64,000 bases of DNA from Sedimentisphaerales bacterium (GTDB taxonomy: Bacteria > Planctomycetota > Phycisphaerae > Sedimentisphaerales > SM23-30): the NCBI GenBank assembly GCA_963666285.1, contig OY762713.1; one strand, written 5' to 3'. Below the pieces are notes generated by a model that was not told where the DNA came from, did not search any database, and saw only the letters and a list, made by a program, of their open reading frames with translations. Positions 18,948 to 30,400 of the stretch are shown here, piece by piece. Positions within the stretch are counted from its first letter, which is position 1, and the number at the start of each line of letters is the position of its first letter. Made by a program: the position numbers and the translations under genes.

Positions 18948-21163
18948 TGGGTGATTTAGGCTTACATATTGACCGTATGCTGCCAGCCAGTAAGATAGCG
19001 ACCAGAGGTGATAATGAGTCGCTGGAAGCGTATCTTGACCGGGTAGTGAACCAGGTTAACCGCATACATGATGGTCTGGCAGATTTCGGCAGGAGGAGCA
19101 GAATACAGGCTCTAATCGGCTTTACTGATGTGGTTACAGAGGACGGTACTGTTATAACTTCCGCTGAAACTGGCGGGGCATTGTCCATTCTGGCGGCAGG
19201 GACAAGTAGTATTACAGTTGACCCTGACAGTAATTCACTGATATTCACAACAGATGCAACCGGGATAAATTCTACATTTGCCAGTAGTGAAGATCAGATA
19301 CCGACAGAACCGACAGCGGGTGATTTATTATATATAAAAGCTGATTTCGGCTCATATAAGAAGGGGGAAGTGTATAGTTTTGACGGCGAGAGCTGGCAGG
19401 AGATCGGTAACCGCCAGAGTGTTCTGATCGCCAATGAAGCGTCTGATATGCCAGATGAACCCAAAATAGGTGATACTTTATATATAGAGACTGATTTTTC
19501 AGTTGGAGAAACAGTCTATATCAAAGGATCTGTTTATACATACACCGCAACCGGCTGGCAATTGGTAGGGCAGCAGAAGTTTTCCAGTAATGTTTCTGAT
19601 AATAGCGAATTGCCGGCAAATCCTTCTGACGGCTATATCATTTATGTTGATAACAGTTTTGACAGTTTTGATGCCGGTAGGTTATATCAATATGTAAGTG
19701 GTAACTGGCAGGTAATCGCAAATAAGACCAGTAATTATATTGCTGAAAGTACTGATGATATGCCCGATACACCGCTAATCGGCGATATTGTTCATATCAA
19801 TGCAGATTTTACTTATGAAAGCCATAATTATACAACTGGTCAGCGTTATCAGTTCAACGGTTCTGGCTGGATATTGCTTAAAGACAGGGTGTATAACACA
19901 ACTATCACCGATGGGATGATTTCAATTACTCTTAACGGATATGTAACTGACAGTGAACTGTCCAGTACATTGGGCAGCTATTATACATCTTCGCAGGTCA
20001 ATAGTCAGATTAGCAGTTCTTTATCAAGTTATGCTACAAAAACGTATGTTAATAATGCTATACCAAGCCTGACGAATTATGCGACAAAGAGTTATGTTAA
20101 TAGTGCAATTCCAAGTCTCAGTAACTATCAGCAGATAGATGATATAATATCGGCTAATGGTATAACAGAGTCATGGAGTACTTCAAAAGCTACCGGCTGT
20201 TATCTCTACTATAACGGTATTGGATTTTGGGATACGGTAGCTAATCAATGGCCCGCATTTTTAGGGATGCAAACCGTGAACGGTCAGAAGAAAGGCTATT
20301 TTTATGTCGGGACCGGCGGTACGGGGACCAGCGACCGCTTTATATACAGCTATACAACCTATGAAAATTCGTCATATAACACAAAGGTGATTATTCGTAC
20401 TGATGAGGGCTTTCTAGGCAGTAGTAAAGCATATTTTGATATAACAGGTGGTAAATTCTATGCCAAAACCAGTTATCTGGAAATTGAGATGTCAGCGGCT
20501 AAAGGCTTTAAGGCGCTCTCCAGTTCGGTTGAGACTACTATCAGTACCAGAGGTATTGAACTAAAAGATAAGGTTAATTCTGGTGTATATACAAAATTGG
20601 AGCCGGATGGATTGACTGTTAAATGCGAAGTAGATAGTTTTCCTTCTCCCTGGTTTCAGGCGATTGCACAGCAAAGCGGTCCGGCTGGTATATTCTTCAA
20701 TGTTTACGGCTTCGGTCAGATGAAAGAATATATCCTTATTGATGAGATAAGCTCTACTAAGATCGCTCGTTTATCAGATTGGGATATAGTCAATTCAACT
20801 ATTGATAATACCAATGCAGTTCATCCGGCAGCCCTTAAATTCAATGGTAACGGTACGAAATCTGGTAAATATTATGATAGCGGCTGGCAGACCGGCAAGA
20901 GTGCAAATACTTCTCTTAGCTTTAATCATGGCTTGGGCGGTGTCCCGACACTGTTTTTTGGATATGTAAGAGAGAGTGACAATACTGATAATATCCAGAT
21001 GTTTCATGCACTTGCAGATCGGAATTATGGAATCATATTTTTTAATGTTGATAGTAGTGCTTTATCAGTTTTCATTGATGGTCGGGCAATACAGTATGTG
21101 GTTAGTAATAACATAGGGTACAAGTCGGGTAATGTGGATGTGAGGGTAATTGCATGGCGCTAA
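18947..21163 (+). CDS. Tail fibre / receptor-binding protein
   Basis: Four P..P..(G/D)..Y/HI...F...G..Y....W repeats, YATK(T/S)YVNxAIPSL repeats, C-terminal YDSGW...NHGLGGVP. Confidence 0.7.
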   Translation: MGDLGLHIDRMLPASKIATRGDNESLEAYLDRVVNQVNRIHDGLADFGRRSRIQALIGFTDVVTEDGTVITSAETGGALSILAAGTSSITVDPDSNSLIFTTDATGINSTFASSEDQIPTEPTAGDLLYIKADFGSYKKGEVYSFDGESWQEIGNRQSVLIANEASDMPDEPKIGDTLYIETDFSVGETVYIKGSVYTYTATGWQLVGQQKFSSNVSDNSELPANPSDGYIIYVDNSFDSFDAGRLYQYVSGNWQVIANKTSNYIAESTDDMPDTPLIGDIVHINADFTYESHNYTTGQRYQFNGSGWILLKDRVYNTTITDGMISITLNGYVTDSELSSTLGSYYTSSQVNSQISSSLSSYATKTYVNNAIPSLTNYATKSYVNSAIPSLSNYQQIDDIISANGITESWSTSKATGCYLYYNGIGFWDTVANQWPAFLGMQTVNGQKKGYFYVGTGGTGTSDRFIYSYTTYENSSYNTKVIIRTDEGFLGSSKAYFDITGGKFYAKTSYLEIEMSAAKGFKALSSSVETTISTRGIELKDKVNSGVYTKLEPDGLTVKCEVDSFPSPWFQAIAQQSGPAGIFFNVYGFGQMKEYILIDEISSTKIARLSDWDIVNSTIDNTNAVHPAALKFNGNGTKSGKYYDSGWQTGKSANTSLSFNHGLGGVPTLFFGYVRESDNTDNIQMFHALADRNYGIIFFNVDSSALSVFIDGRAIQYVVSNNIGYKSGNVDVRVIAWR

Positions 21164-21348
21164 ATAAATTATATCTGGTAGAAGGTAAGCTACAGAGTGG
21201 TTCTGTCGAGAATGTGCCGGTAGCGATAATACCGGCTGATATGAGCTTATCAGATATTGACAGTTTTGAGGTTGGCGGCCCGGATAATACGGTAATAACA
21301 ATCAAATTTAAAGAGCCGGTAGATCAACCGGAAACAGAGGAGGTATAA
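21154..21348 (+). CDS. Small hypothetical tail-associated protein
   Basis: 64-aa ORF coupled to the fibre gene. Confidence 0.5.
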   Translation: MALNKLYLVEGKLQSGSVENVPVAIIPADMSLSDIDSFEVGGPDNTVITIKFKEPVDQPETEEV

Positions 21349-21350
21349 AT

Positions 21351-23477
21351 ATGGCATGGATGGCATTGGCAGGTGCGGCGATGCAAGCTTTATCGCCATT
21401 ATTACAGAAAAGCGGTTCAGTACACAGGACCAGTACATTATCTAAAGAGCAGAAAGTTATCAATCGCCAGCTCTTTGATCTTATACAGGGTGTTACTCGA
21501 ACTAACCGGGGTGGTATAGCGAGTATGAACCCGATATTGAATAAGCTGAAAGATGCCCCGCAGCGCAGGATAGCAGGTTTAACAGATCGCCAGAAAGGGG
21601 TATTGCAGCAGGCTGATAAGTTAGGTAGTAATCTCGGTAATGCCCGGCGGCCCGGTGAAGGGACGGAAGTTCATTTTGCGGCTTTGGGAGCTGTCGCCGG
21701 TCCGGGTGAAACTGTTGTCGTAGGTGAAGATGGCCCTGAAAGACTTCATGTAGGCAATAACGGTACTGTTGTAATTGAGCCTAACCCGAAAAGTGTTCAG
21801 AATCCCCGTGCTGCCCAGGCTAAATCTGAAGCAGTAAAGCAGCAGATGGGAGCTGACGTTGGCATGGCTGCTGGTGGTACGGTTACACCGCATTATAAGA
21901 TTGGTAGTAACTGGTATGATAATGATACCTTATCGCAGTATTCCAGCGGTGTTAAACCGGATGATGAAGTGATTAGTGCCTTTAATAGCTATTTGGACGA
22001 TCAGTATAATGATTATATGGAGAGTTATAAACCGAATTATGTTCGTAATCGTGCAGGTACAAAAAACACTAATCCAAATCAATGGAACTGGTATCAGAAG
22101 TGGAAGAATAAGGGCGGCTCTGACAAAATGCAGTTTGTCGAGAAAAACGGCATGTGGGGGTTGCCTGGCTATGGTAATGCCAGGGCATATATGGATAAGT
22201 ATGATGAATGGCTTGATACCCTTGATTCTTCTGAAAGTAACCCGTATCTGGATAATACTATCGGCAGTTATGACGATGATAAAGCCTCTGCCTTTGAATC
22301 GTGGTATAACGATAGTGATCTGAACAAATACTATGACTCTAATAAGACAATGGGCTATGATACTGCAACTGGGAAACTGGGCTTTGATAATCCGTTTCAA
22401 TATACAGATGGCTCGATGGATGCTGTTTTCAATGAGTTTGAAAATTATTATGCCGATCAGCAGCAGAAATCATCTGATAATGACTCATTGCGCAGCAGTA
22501 TTATGGAGCGACTTGGCAGTGATTACAGTGATTTTAACGACTATTTGAAAAATTATAATAGTGGGGTATTAAAAAATCAGGGAGTGTCCTGGGACGCTAC
22601 TACCGGCGATTGGAAACTTGCCGCTGGTGATGACATTTTAGCCGGGATGGACACTGCTGTTAATGATTATCTGACTGATAAGCAGGCTCAAGAGGATTAT
22701 TTGTCTGGTTTAGGTTCAACCGAGATCACAGCCGATGACCTAACTCGTGACAGTGCTGGAAATTGGATAGTTGACCCATCTAAATATAGTCAGGGTGATG
22801 ATGGTAGTTGGTCGCAGGTAGAAACTCCTGTTGATACTTCTGTCGGGAGTGATAGCTATATTGAACAAATATCACAGGCATTAAGTGATTATACCAATTC
22901 TTTTGACTCCGATGCGGCTAATGAAGATTTCAATAATAGTATCTATGATCCAACTATCGAAAAATTCAATAATGAGACAGTTGCAGATATATATCAGCAG
23001 TTTGGGGATGATGATCTATTTGGTTCACAGGCAACTAAGACGGTAGGGGCTGCCCGTTCAGGGCTGGAAGATGAGCTTGCGTCAAGCAGGTCGGATTATG
23101 TAACACAGATGAAAGAGGCACACGCTAATCGTGGTCTGACAGCGGCCCAAAGTATGATGTCGCTTGCCAGCCTGCCGGAACAATTACGCAGTCAAAAAGC
23201 GTCCACTGACTATACCCAGGCCCTGACTGAGCAGGTATTCAAAAATGCACAATGGACTGATGCCATGATGAACGCTGATCTTGACATGCAGGAAGCCAAT
23301 ACCCTGGCGATTTTATGGCAGTTATATGGTATGGATCAGGTTCAAAACCAATCTGAGCTTGATACTGCCATGACCAATTGGTTCCAGAATAATACCAGTG
23401 GTCTGGATATGGCATCTTTACTAAGTCTGATGAACGGCTATTTAGGTGAATCACAGGTAGCGGCTGTAACTGCTTAA
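21351..23477 (+). CDS. Putative internal virion (ejection) protein
   Basis: MAWMALAGAA N-terminus, D/N/Y-rich centre, GAGGAGG RBS, position before the giant gene. Confidence 0.55.
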   Translation: MAWMALAGAAMQALSPLLQKSGSVHRTSTLSKEQKVINRQLFDLIQGVTRTNRGGIASMNPILNKLKDAPQRRIAGLTDRQKGVLQQADKLGSNLGNARRPGEGTEVHFAALGAVAGPGETVVVGEDGPERLHVGNNGTVVIEPNPKSVQNPRAAQAKSEAVKQQMGADVGMAAGGTVTPHYKIGSNWYDNDTLSQYSSGVKPDDEVISAFNSYLDDQYNDYMESYKPNYVRNRAGTKNTNPNQWNWYQKWKNKGGSDKMQFVEKNGMWGLPGYGNARAYMDKYDEWLDTLDSSESNPYLDNTIGSYDDDKASAFESWYNDSDLNKYYDSNKTMGYDTATGKLGFDNPFQYTDGSMDAVFNEFENYYADQQQKSSDNDSLRSSIMERLGSDYSDFNDYLKNYNSGVLKNQGVSWDATTGDWKLAAGDDILAGMDTAVNDYLTDKQAQEDYLSGLGSTEITADDLTRDSAGNWIVDPSKYSQGDDGSWSQVETPVDTSVGSDSYIEQISQALSDYTNSFDSDAANEDFNNSIYDPTIEKFNNETVADIYQQFGDDDLFGSQATKTVGAARSGLEDELASSRSDYVTQMKEAHANRGLTAAQSMMSLASLPEQLRSQKASTDYTQALTEQVFKNAQWTDAMMNADLDMQEANTLAILWQLYGMDQVQNQSELDTAMTNWFQNNTSGLDMASLLSLMNGYLGESQVAAVTA

Positions 23478-23525
23478 CAAGTGTAACCTTGACCTAACTA
23501 TAAGAATGAAAAGGAAAATAATACT

Positions 23526-24386
23526 ATGCCACAAATGCAGGTAATACATAGAGGAATAGACCCTAGAAGTGCGGCTCTGTCTGCTGGATTAAGTAGAGCT
23601 GGCGATACACTTATTCAGGCAGATCGTCAGCAAGAGCAGGATAAGCGATACCAGGAACAAAAACAACTGGAACAAGATCAGCTTGCGGCGCAGCAGAAAC
23701 AGGTTGACATAGAAAACAAAATGAAATTTGCCCAGTTGGGAATGTCAGCCAGAAGCCCGGAAGAATTTGAGAATTTCAAATCGCTTGGAACTCAACTTGG
23801 TATTGATACCCGCGGTTTTGAGTATTCTAACAGCGGCACACCCAGTAAGGCGGAGCTTTCGATGTATGAATATGCCCAGGAGCAGCTTGCCGGAGTAGAA
23901 TCGCAAATGCAGGCTGCCGTACCTGAAGGATGGGGCGGTCCGGGAACGGCAGATCAGTGGTATAACGAAGATGGCAGCTTTAACGAAGATATGCACAGTT
24001 CTATACGAGAAGAGAATCGTAATAAATGGACTTCATGGCTGCCTGATATTGGCGATGCTTTCGACGGTTATGATAATAATGCACTGGACGAATATAATAA
24101 AATGGGTGATTATGCCGCTAAACGGTCACAGCTTCGTGATTATGTAGATAGATTCCAGCAGAAATATGATCGTACAAGCGGTAATGTACTGGTTGATATG
24201 GCAAGTCCTGACCCTGATTCTGCTCCGACAAAGGATGAGCTTATCAAAAAGCTTGGTTTTGACCCGTTTGAAGGTGATACAAAAAAATGGGAGTCATTTT
24301 TAACCAGCCCGAAAGCACAAGGAAAAACCGTCGAGCAGCTTGAAGCAGCGTTCAAAAAGACTAAGGCCAATCCCAATAACAAGTAA
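23526..24386 (+). CDS. Putative internal virion (ejection) protein
   Basis: Gln-rich coiled-coil N-terminus; position between ejection-like genes. Confidence 0.5.
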   Translation: MPQMQVIHRGIDPRSAALSAGLSRAGDTLIQADRQQEQDKRYQEQKQLEQDQLAAQQKQVDIENKMKFAQLGMSARSPEEFENFKSLGTQLGIDTRGFEYSNSGTPSKAELSMYEYAQEQLAGVESQMQAAVPEGWGGPGTADQWYNEDGSFNEDMHSSIREENRNKWTSWLPDIGDAFDGYDNNALDEYNKMGDYAAKRSQLRDYVDRFQQKYDRTSGNVLVDMASPDPDSAPTKDELIKKLGFDPFEGDTKKWESFLTSPKAQGKTVEQLEAAFKKTKANPNNK

Positions 24387-24417
24387 TTTTCCCTTATAAA
24401 TAGGATATTAAATAGTC

Positions 24418-27400
24418 ATGGTAGATGTAAATGATGTGTTGGCTAATCTGGAAGATGACCAGCCCCAAAATAGTAGTAATATCTTTGATGTTGATTCAGT
24501 TCTTGCCAATCTTGACGATAGCCCGATAGAGCCACAACAGGAAACTATAAATCCCGCCATACAGGATAGATTATCATCTGCTATGGCAGCGGTAGATATT
24601 CCTGATGGTTTTGGGGTAAATGCTTCGGAACCGGAATTGTCATATCCAAGCCTGGAAGAAGTTGCGACCGAGCTGGTGACACCACCGGATCAGCGTCAAT
24701 ATCAGAGTCCTGACGATATGATAGAGCAGGTGCGTCCAACCTGGGAATATAGTGAGCCAATTAAAACAGCCTTCAAACCTGAACAGCTTGAACGGTTAGC
24801 TCCGCTTAGTCAGCAGGCAAAGGAAAATACCGGGGGCGATCTGCAAAGAGCGATTGCCAGGTTATCAGATAATTCATTATATGACAAATTGACAACTTCT
24901 TCCAGTGGACCGTCTAGTGTCTTCACTCCTTATACTATCGGTATGTCAGCACCACCACGCCGCAGACCGCTAAATGAAAAAGAGCGTGGCGAACGAATGG
25001 CACAGGATATTAAACTTGTCCAGGAATACCTTGATAAACCTCGTCAATACAGTGATATGGTAACACAGGGTTTCACGCCAGAGCAGATACAGCAATGGGA
25101 GCTGGCAGGGGAGATAGGGGCTGGTGAAGGGATAGATAAAATGTCAGGTCGTGACTGGCTGGAAAAAGTACCGCTTGCAGGTATGGTTTTCAGTTTGAAA
25201 CATAGCGCCGAGCTGATGAGTGCTGTTGATCGTCTTTCAGACCCTAATAAGTATGATAAAATGACAGTTAATTCCGGTCAGCATGAATATACCGGGTATA
25301 ATCCATATTTTGCTGGTGGCAGAATGTCGGTCCCAGTAAAAAGGAATATGACTGAAGATGAACAGATCGCCCAGATGGAAAAGGATATTGATCTTATAAC
25401 CGAATATCTGGAAAAGCGAGCAGAACTTGAAGTGCGTGGTACTACACTTGGTAATGATGTTTTGCAGGGTATTTTAGAAATGCCGGATTTTCTGGCAACA
25501 TTTATGGCAAGTGGCCCAGCCGGTGCTGTTGTTAAAAAGGGTGTTGGCAAAGCGATATTAAATACAGCAGTTAAAAAGCTTGGTAAAAAGGCTGTAATTA
25601 AGCTTCTGAAAAAGAAAGGTGTTATGGCAGGGCTTAAAGTTGCCGGTTCAATGCTTGATGCCGGTGGCAGGATGGTAGTACAAACTCCTGAAATAGTAGC
25701 AAATGCCATACAGAATAATACAGATTCAGGCGAATATAACCTGACAGAGCATGGTCTTGACATCCTAAAAGACCGGGAAAACATGTCTAAATCACTTACC
25801 CGTGCTATTGGTGATATGTATATTGAGAATTTTTCGGAACTGAGTGGTTCTGGACTATCTAAAGTTGGTGGTAAGATAGCCGGGAAGATCGGGGATTTTG
25901 TCAAATACCATGATTTACCGGGTGGCAAAACCGGCAGAAAATTCCTGAAGAAACTGGAAGAGTTTTATAAGAGCAAAAATCCAGATGGTGATTTTGGTAA
26001 GCTTATGCGTGATAAGATGAAGTTCGGCGGCTTTATCGAGGAATATTCAGAAGAGGTCTGGGGCGATTTCCTGCGTGGTGTATTCGATGTTAATGATTTT
26101 GGAGCTGGTGAAGATGCTGGTATGGGTGGTCGTCTGGCAGGGTATGCCCAGCAGCAGACAGATATGCGTAATATTCTTACTACTGCCGGGGTATTGGCTG
26201 CGCCTGGTGGGTTCAGGCATACCGTTAGTCTGTTAGAGAATCGTCATAAGAATACACTGGATGATAAGGCAGTTGATAAATCACTTGAAAGGCATGGGAA
26301 ACTGTCAGGTAATAACTATCAGGGCCAGAGCGATACCGAATCTGATTATCAGATATATGAAAATGCTGTTCATCAAAATAATGCAAGGAAAACCAGACAG
26401 AATAATACTGAACGTATTATGGCCCCATTGAAAAAGCGTATTGAAATGCGTGATATGGGAATGGGCCTGAAAAAAGGCACGATTACCACCAGAAGTAAAA
26501 AAACGGCTCTCGGCGTTGCTGAGATGTATAATTCAGCTTATAACGATGTTGATGCTACTATCAGGCAGACAAATGGTGGTAGATGGCTGGTAACTGTTCG
26601 GCAAAGTAAGAAAATAGACCGTACAGAAGGAAGGGGTATATCAGATCATATTGATACTACTGGCGAGTTGATACCGTTTGATTTACAATTGGAAGATTAT
26701 TCAGATGAGAATAATACTATTAACCCTGAACGTGGGGTAAAGCAGATAGAAGCAGGGCGTAGTGGTCAGGATGTAATTAATAGCAGTCAGCCAGACAGTC
26801 AGGTCGCAGATAACACCAGTGCTAATGTTGGAGCTGAAGGTCAATTCGATAATCAACATTCTGATACGGATTCCGGCAGTTTTGATAATCAGCAGGCTCA
26901 AACAGCGTCTATAGATGATGATGTCGAAATAGTTAAGTATCCAGGACTTGATAAAGAAGATATTCCGCTGGAAGATCGGTTTATTATGTCTTCTGATACT
27001 GCCGATTGGGAGATGTTAGGTGATTTAGGTCTGGAACTGGAAGATGTGATAGAGGGAGCTGACCCAAAGATGGTTAATCGTGCTGAAGCGATATTCATGC
27101 AGCCGAGAAAAAAACAGCCGCCTGCCCCTGATACTACGATATTTCAGGCTGAAAGTGATATTGATGGTAAGGCTTTGGAAGGTGAATCGCAGGTAGTAGA
27201 TAATCTACCGGAGTCTTTCGAGAGTTACAACTTCCAGCTGCCAAAGCCCAATCATATCGGCGATACTGAATTGACAGATAAGCAAATGACAGGTTTGCAG
27301 GAGCGAGTAAACAAGCAAAAAAAACCGATGTGGGCCAGACTAGATAAAGCAGGCAGGCCGTATCTAACCAGTAAAAGACCTAAAAAAGAGCCATTTTTAG

Positions 27401-30400
27401 AACTGCAACCTCAAAAGCCTGGTAAGAAGAAATCGGCACAAGTTAAATCAGCTTCTCCCAAAGCGGCAATTCAACAGCAGGCAACAGAAGATTACATGAA
27501 CCGTCTAGCAAATGAGGTGCATACCGGCAATATCACTCATGAACAAGCTGAAAGGTCTGCTAAAATATGGGGTAAGGCTAATATCGATGGTGAAGGTTCC
27601 GGGCTGGAAGCATTAGAGCAGGCTGTAGAACGTGCCAGTGAGTCAGAAGAAACAGACCCGGTTGCAACAGAGATCAAGGATATTGAAGACAAGCTATGGC
27701 AGTTTGATATGCAGGACCGTCAAACGGAAGCACAACGTGAGATCATTAGGGAACTTAATGATCGGCTGCGCGAGCTGAAGCAACAGCAAAAAGGTGATAA
27801 TGATGATGAAGCAGGTGGCAGTCCTGCAAAACTGCCGGATAAACCAGATAATAGTGGTGATGGTGTTGTCGATCAAAAACAGAAGCCAAAACCTGTTGAT
27901 ACTAATAATAGTAAAAAAGCGAGTGCCAAAAAGAAGAAGTCTGCCAAAAAGGTAAAGGCAGAGGAAAAGCAAGAGCCAGAGAATAATGCTCATATCAAAT
28001 ATGACCCCAAATTACATAGACTAACCGGTAATATTCGTGAGGATGATTATTATGGTGATTATGCTGAAGCAGAAGTAGTAGCCGGTCCAGATAAAGGTAA
28101 AACAGTTGAGATACCTGTATCAATGTATGATAAAGAGATCAAGACTGTTAATACTATGCTGGAGCGTTTACGGCAGAATACTGTAAATGTAGCAGATGGT
28201 CAGATCGAAGATATTATCGAACAGGCCAAAAAACAGGGCCGTAAACTGGATGTACGTGATGTTACCCCTTATGTACCTGGTGTTTCCCTGAGACATATTG
28301 AGGATGGTTCAGTTGATACCGATATTCTACCTGCTGCCTATGAGAACCTTAAAAAGACCTTTGCTGCTTTTAACAAGTTAGATGAGTTTGAAAAAATAGG
28401 AATTAAGCCATATACGCCTACAACAGCAAACGGCTGGCAGATAACCGATATTGAAGTGGGCGATAAGGTTCGTATATCCGGTTCAAAGACATATAAAACT
28501 GTTAAAAAGGTAGATCATGGCCATGATACTATAGTTGTTGGAAATGATAATACTATGGGGATAGATGGTATTGTCGATGTTAAAGGTAAGAAACCATCAG
28601 GCAAGAGATTATCTGATAAATATCCTGACTACAATGAAAGTTTGAATGATGGTGATATATATGTTCATTCCCGTTATGGTAAGCCTGGTTACTATTTTAG
28701 AGGTGATACGCCGCATCAGATTAACGACAGATGGCATAAAACCGAAGCTGAAGTAATAGAAGCCCAGAGAAAATATCTCAAAGACAAAGGTATAGAACAG
28801 CCTGATATTGACAAACAAGACCCTATGGATGCAGTTTCTCAGGAAGAACCATTTTTTGAAGATGATAAGCCTGGGGCTGAATATTATACAACATATCCAA
28901 ATTCATCTTATAAGAAAATTGATGAGCCTGAATATCTGCCAAAAGCAAAAGCAGATAAAAAAGTGACAGAGTGGAAAAAACAGGCCCGGAAGGATGGAGA
29001 AAACCGTAGTAACTATGAAAAAACTATATTGAGTCTGTTTGATCGTACAGGGCAGTGGTCAAAACCCTGGCGTGATGCCGGGTATAATGTTGTCCAGATA
29101 GACCTTGCCGATCTGGAAGGTTTCGGCTGGCAGATGGATATTCGTGATATTGACCCGCAATGGTTGTTTGACAGTGGTTTGCTGGACGGTGAGACGGTTC
29201 ATGGTATATTGGCAGCGCCGCCTTGTGTGGATTTTGCAGTAAGCGGTGCTAGATGGTTCAATGAAAAGGATAAAGATGGCAGGACAGAAGTTAGTATTGA
29301 CCTGGTAGATCAGGTACATCGAATAGTAGATTTTGTTCAGCCTGACTGGTGGGTACTGGAAAACCCGGTTGGCAGGTTGCCCAGGATGGTTGAAGGTGTC
29401 CCTGAAAAACCGCAGATATATTTTCAGCCTTGGTTTTATGGAGATCCCTATACAAAGAAAACAGGGCTTTGGGGAGATTTCAACTGGGAACTGCCCCAAG
29501 CTCCGGTAGAACCGACAGAAGGCAGTAAAATCTATAAGTTGCGTGGTGATGTCGAAGAAGAAAAGCTGGCACGCAGTATTACCCCGGAAGGCTTCGCTTA
29601 TGCCTTTTATATGGCCAATCGCAATAATATGAGCTTTTGGGAGAAAGTTGACCAGTGGGGAGAACCGGAAGAATGGCCCGATGAAGTGCATCGTAACTGG
29701 ATGGTTCGTCCTGAAGGTATGAAAAGCCGATATGAAAGAAAGACAGAAGATGCTTTTCAAGAGGAAACTAAGGAAAAAGAATTAGACTCACCAGTCAAAG
29801 AGTCCCAAACTGAATATGGGTATGGTACTTTCGATAGTGAACTGTCAGATGACCATACCGGCGGTTATTATAAATATCAACCAGGGCAGACAATGAAAAC
29901 GGCTTCTGGTCGCATGACGAAGCCAGTTCCTAAAATTGATACTTCAACCCGACAGAAAGCCAAAAACAGTCAGAAACGCATTAATACCTGGCTACTGTCA
30001 GAAGCCGTTTTGGAAGCGAAAAATAGAGATGACAGCCTTAATGAGAGAATATATGCAAATGAAGAACCTAAAAAGATTCCACCTGCCACTCTTGATATGA
30101 TTCAGGACTATATCTTTAACCCTGAAAACGCAAACCAGAGTGGAAAAGCTGATATATTCAAAGACTCTAAGAGGAAACCTCAAGAGCGTACTGAACCGTG
30201 GCAGTTTACCAAAGCGGAGTATATGAAGCATATCACCGTGAAGGGCGATAAGATATATTTCATGGGTAAAGAGCTAACCGATATGATGCGTAAGGCTCTG
30301 AAAAAAGATGCTGAAAACCTGCATAGGCATTTGGTAAGAGATGCCGTTGAAGATGGCTACACTTTGCCGCCGGATGTTGCCAGGGAATACGATGATTATG

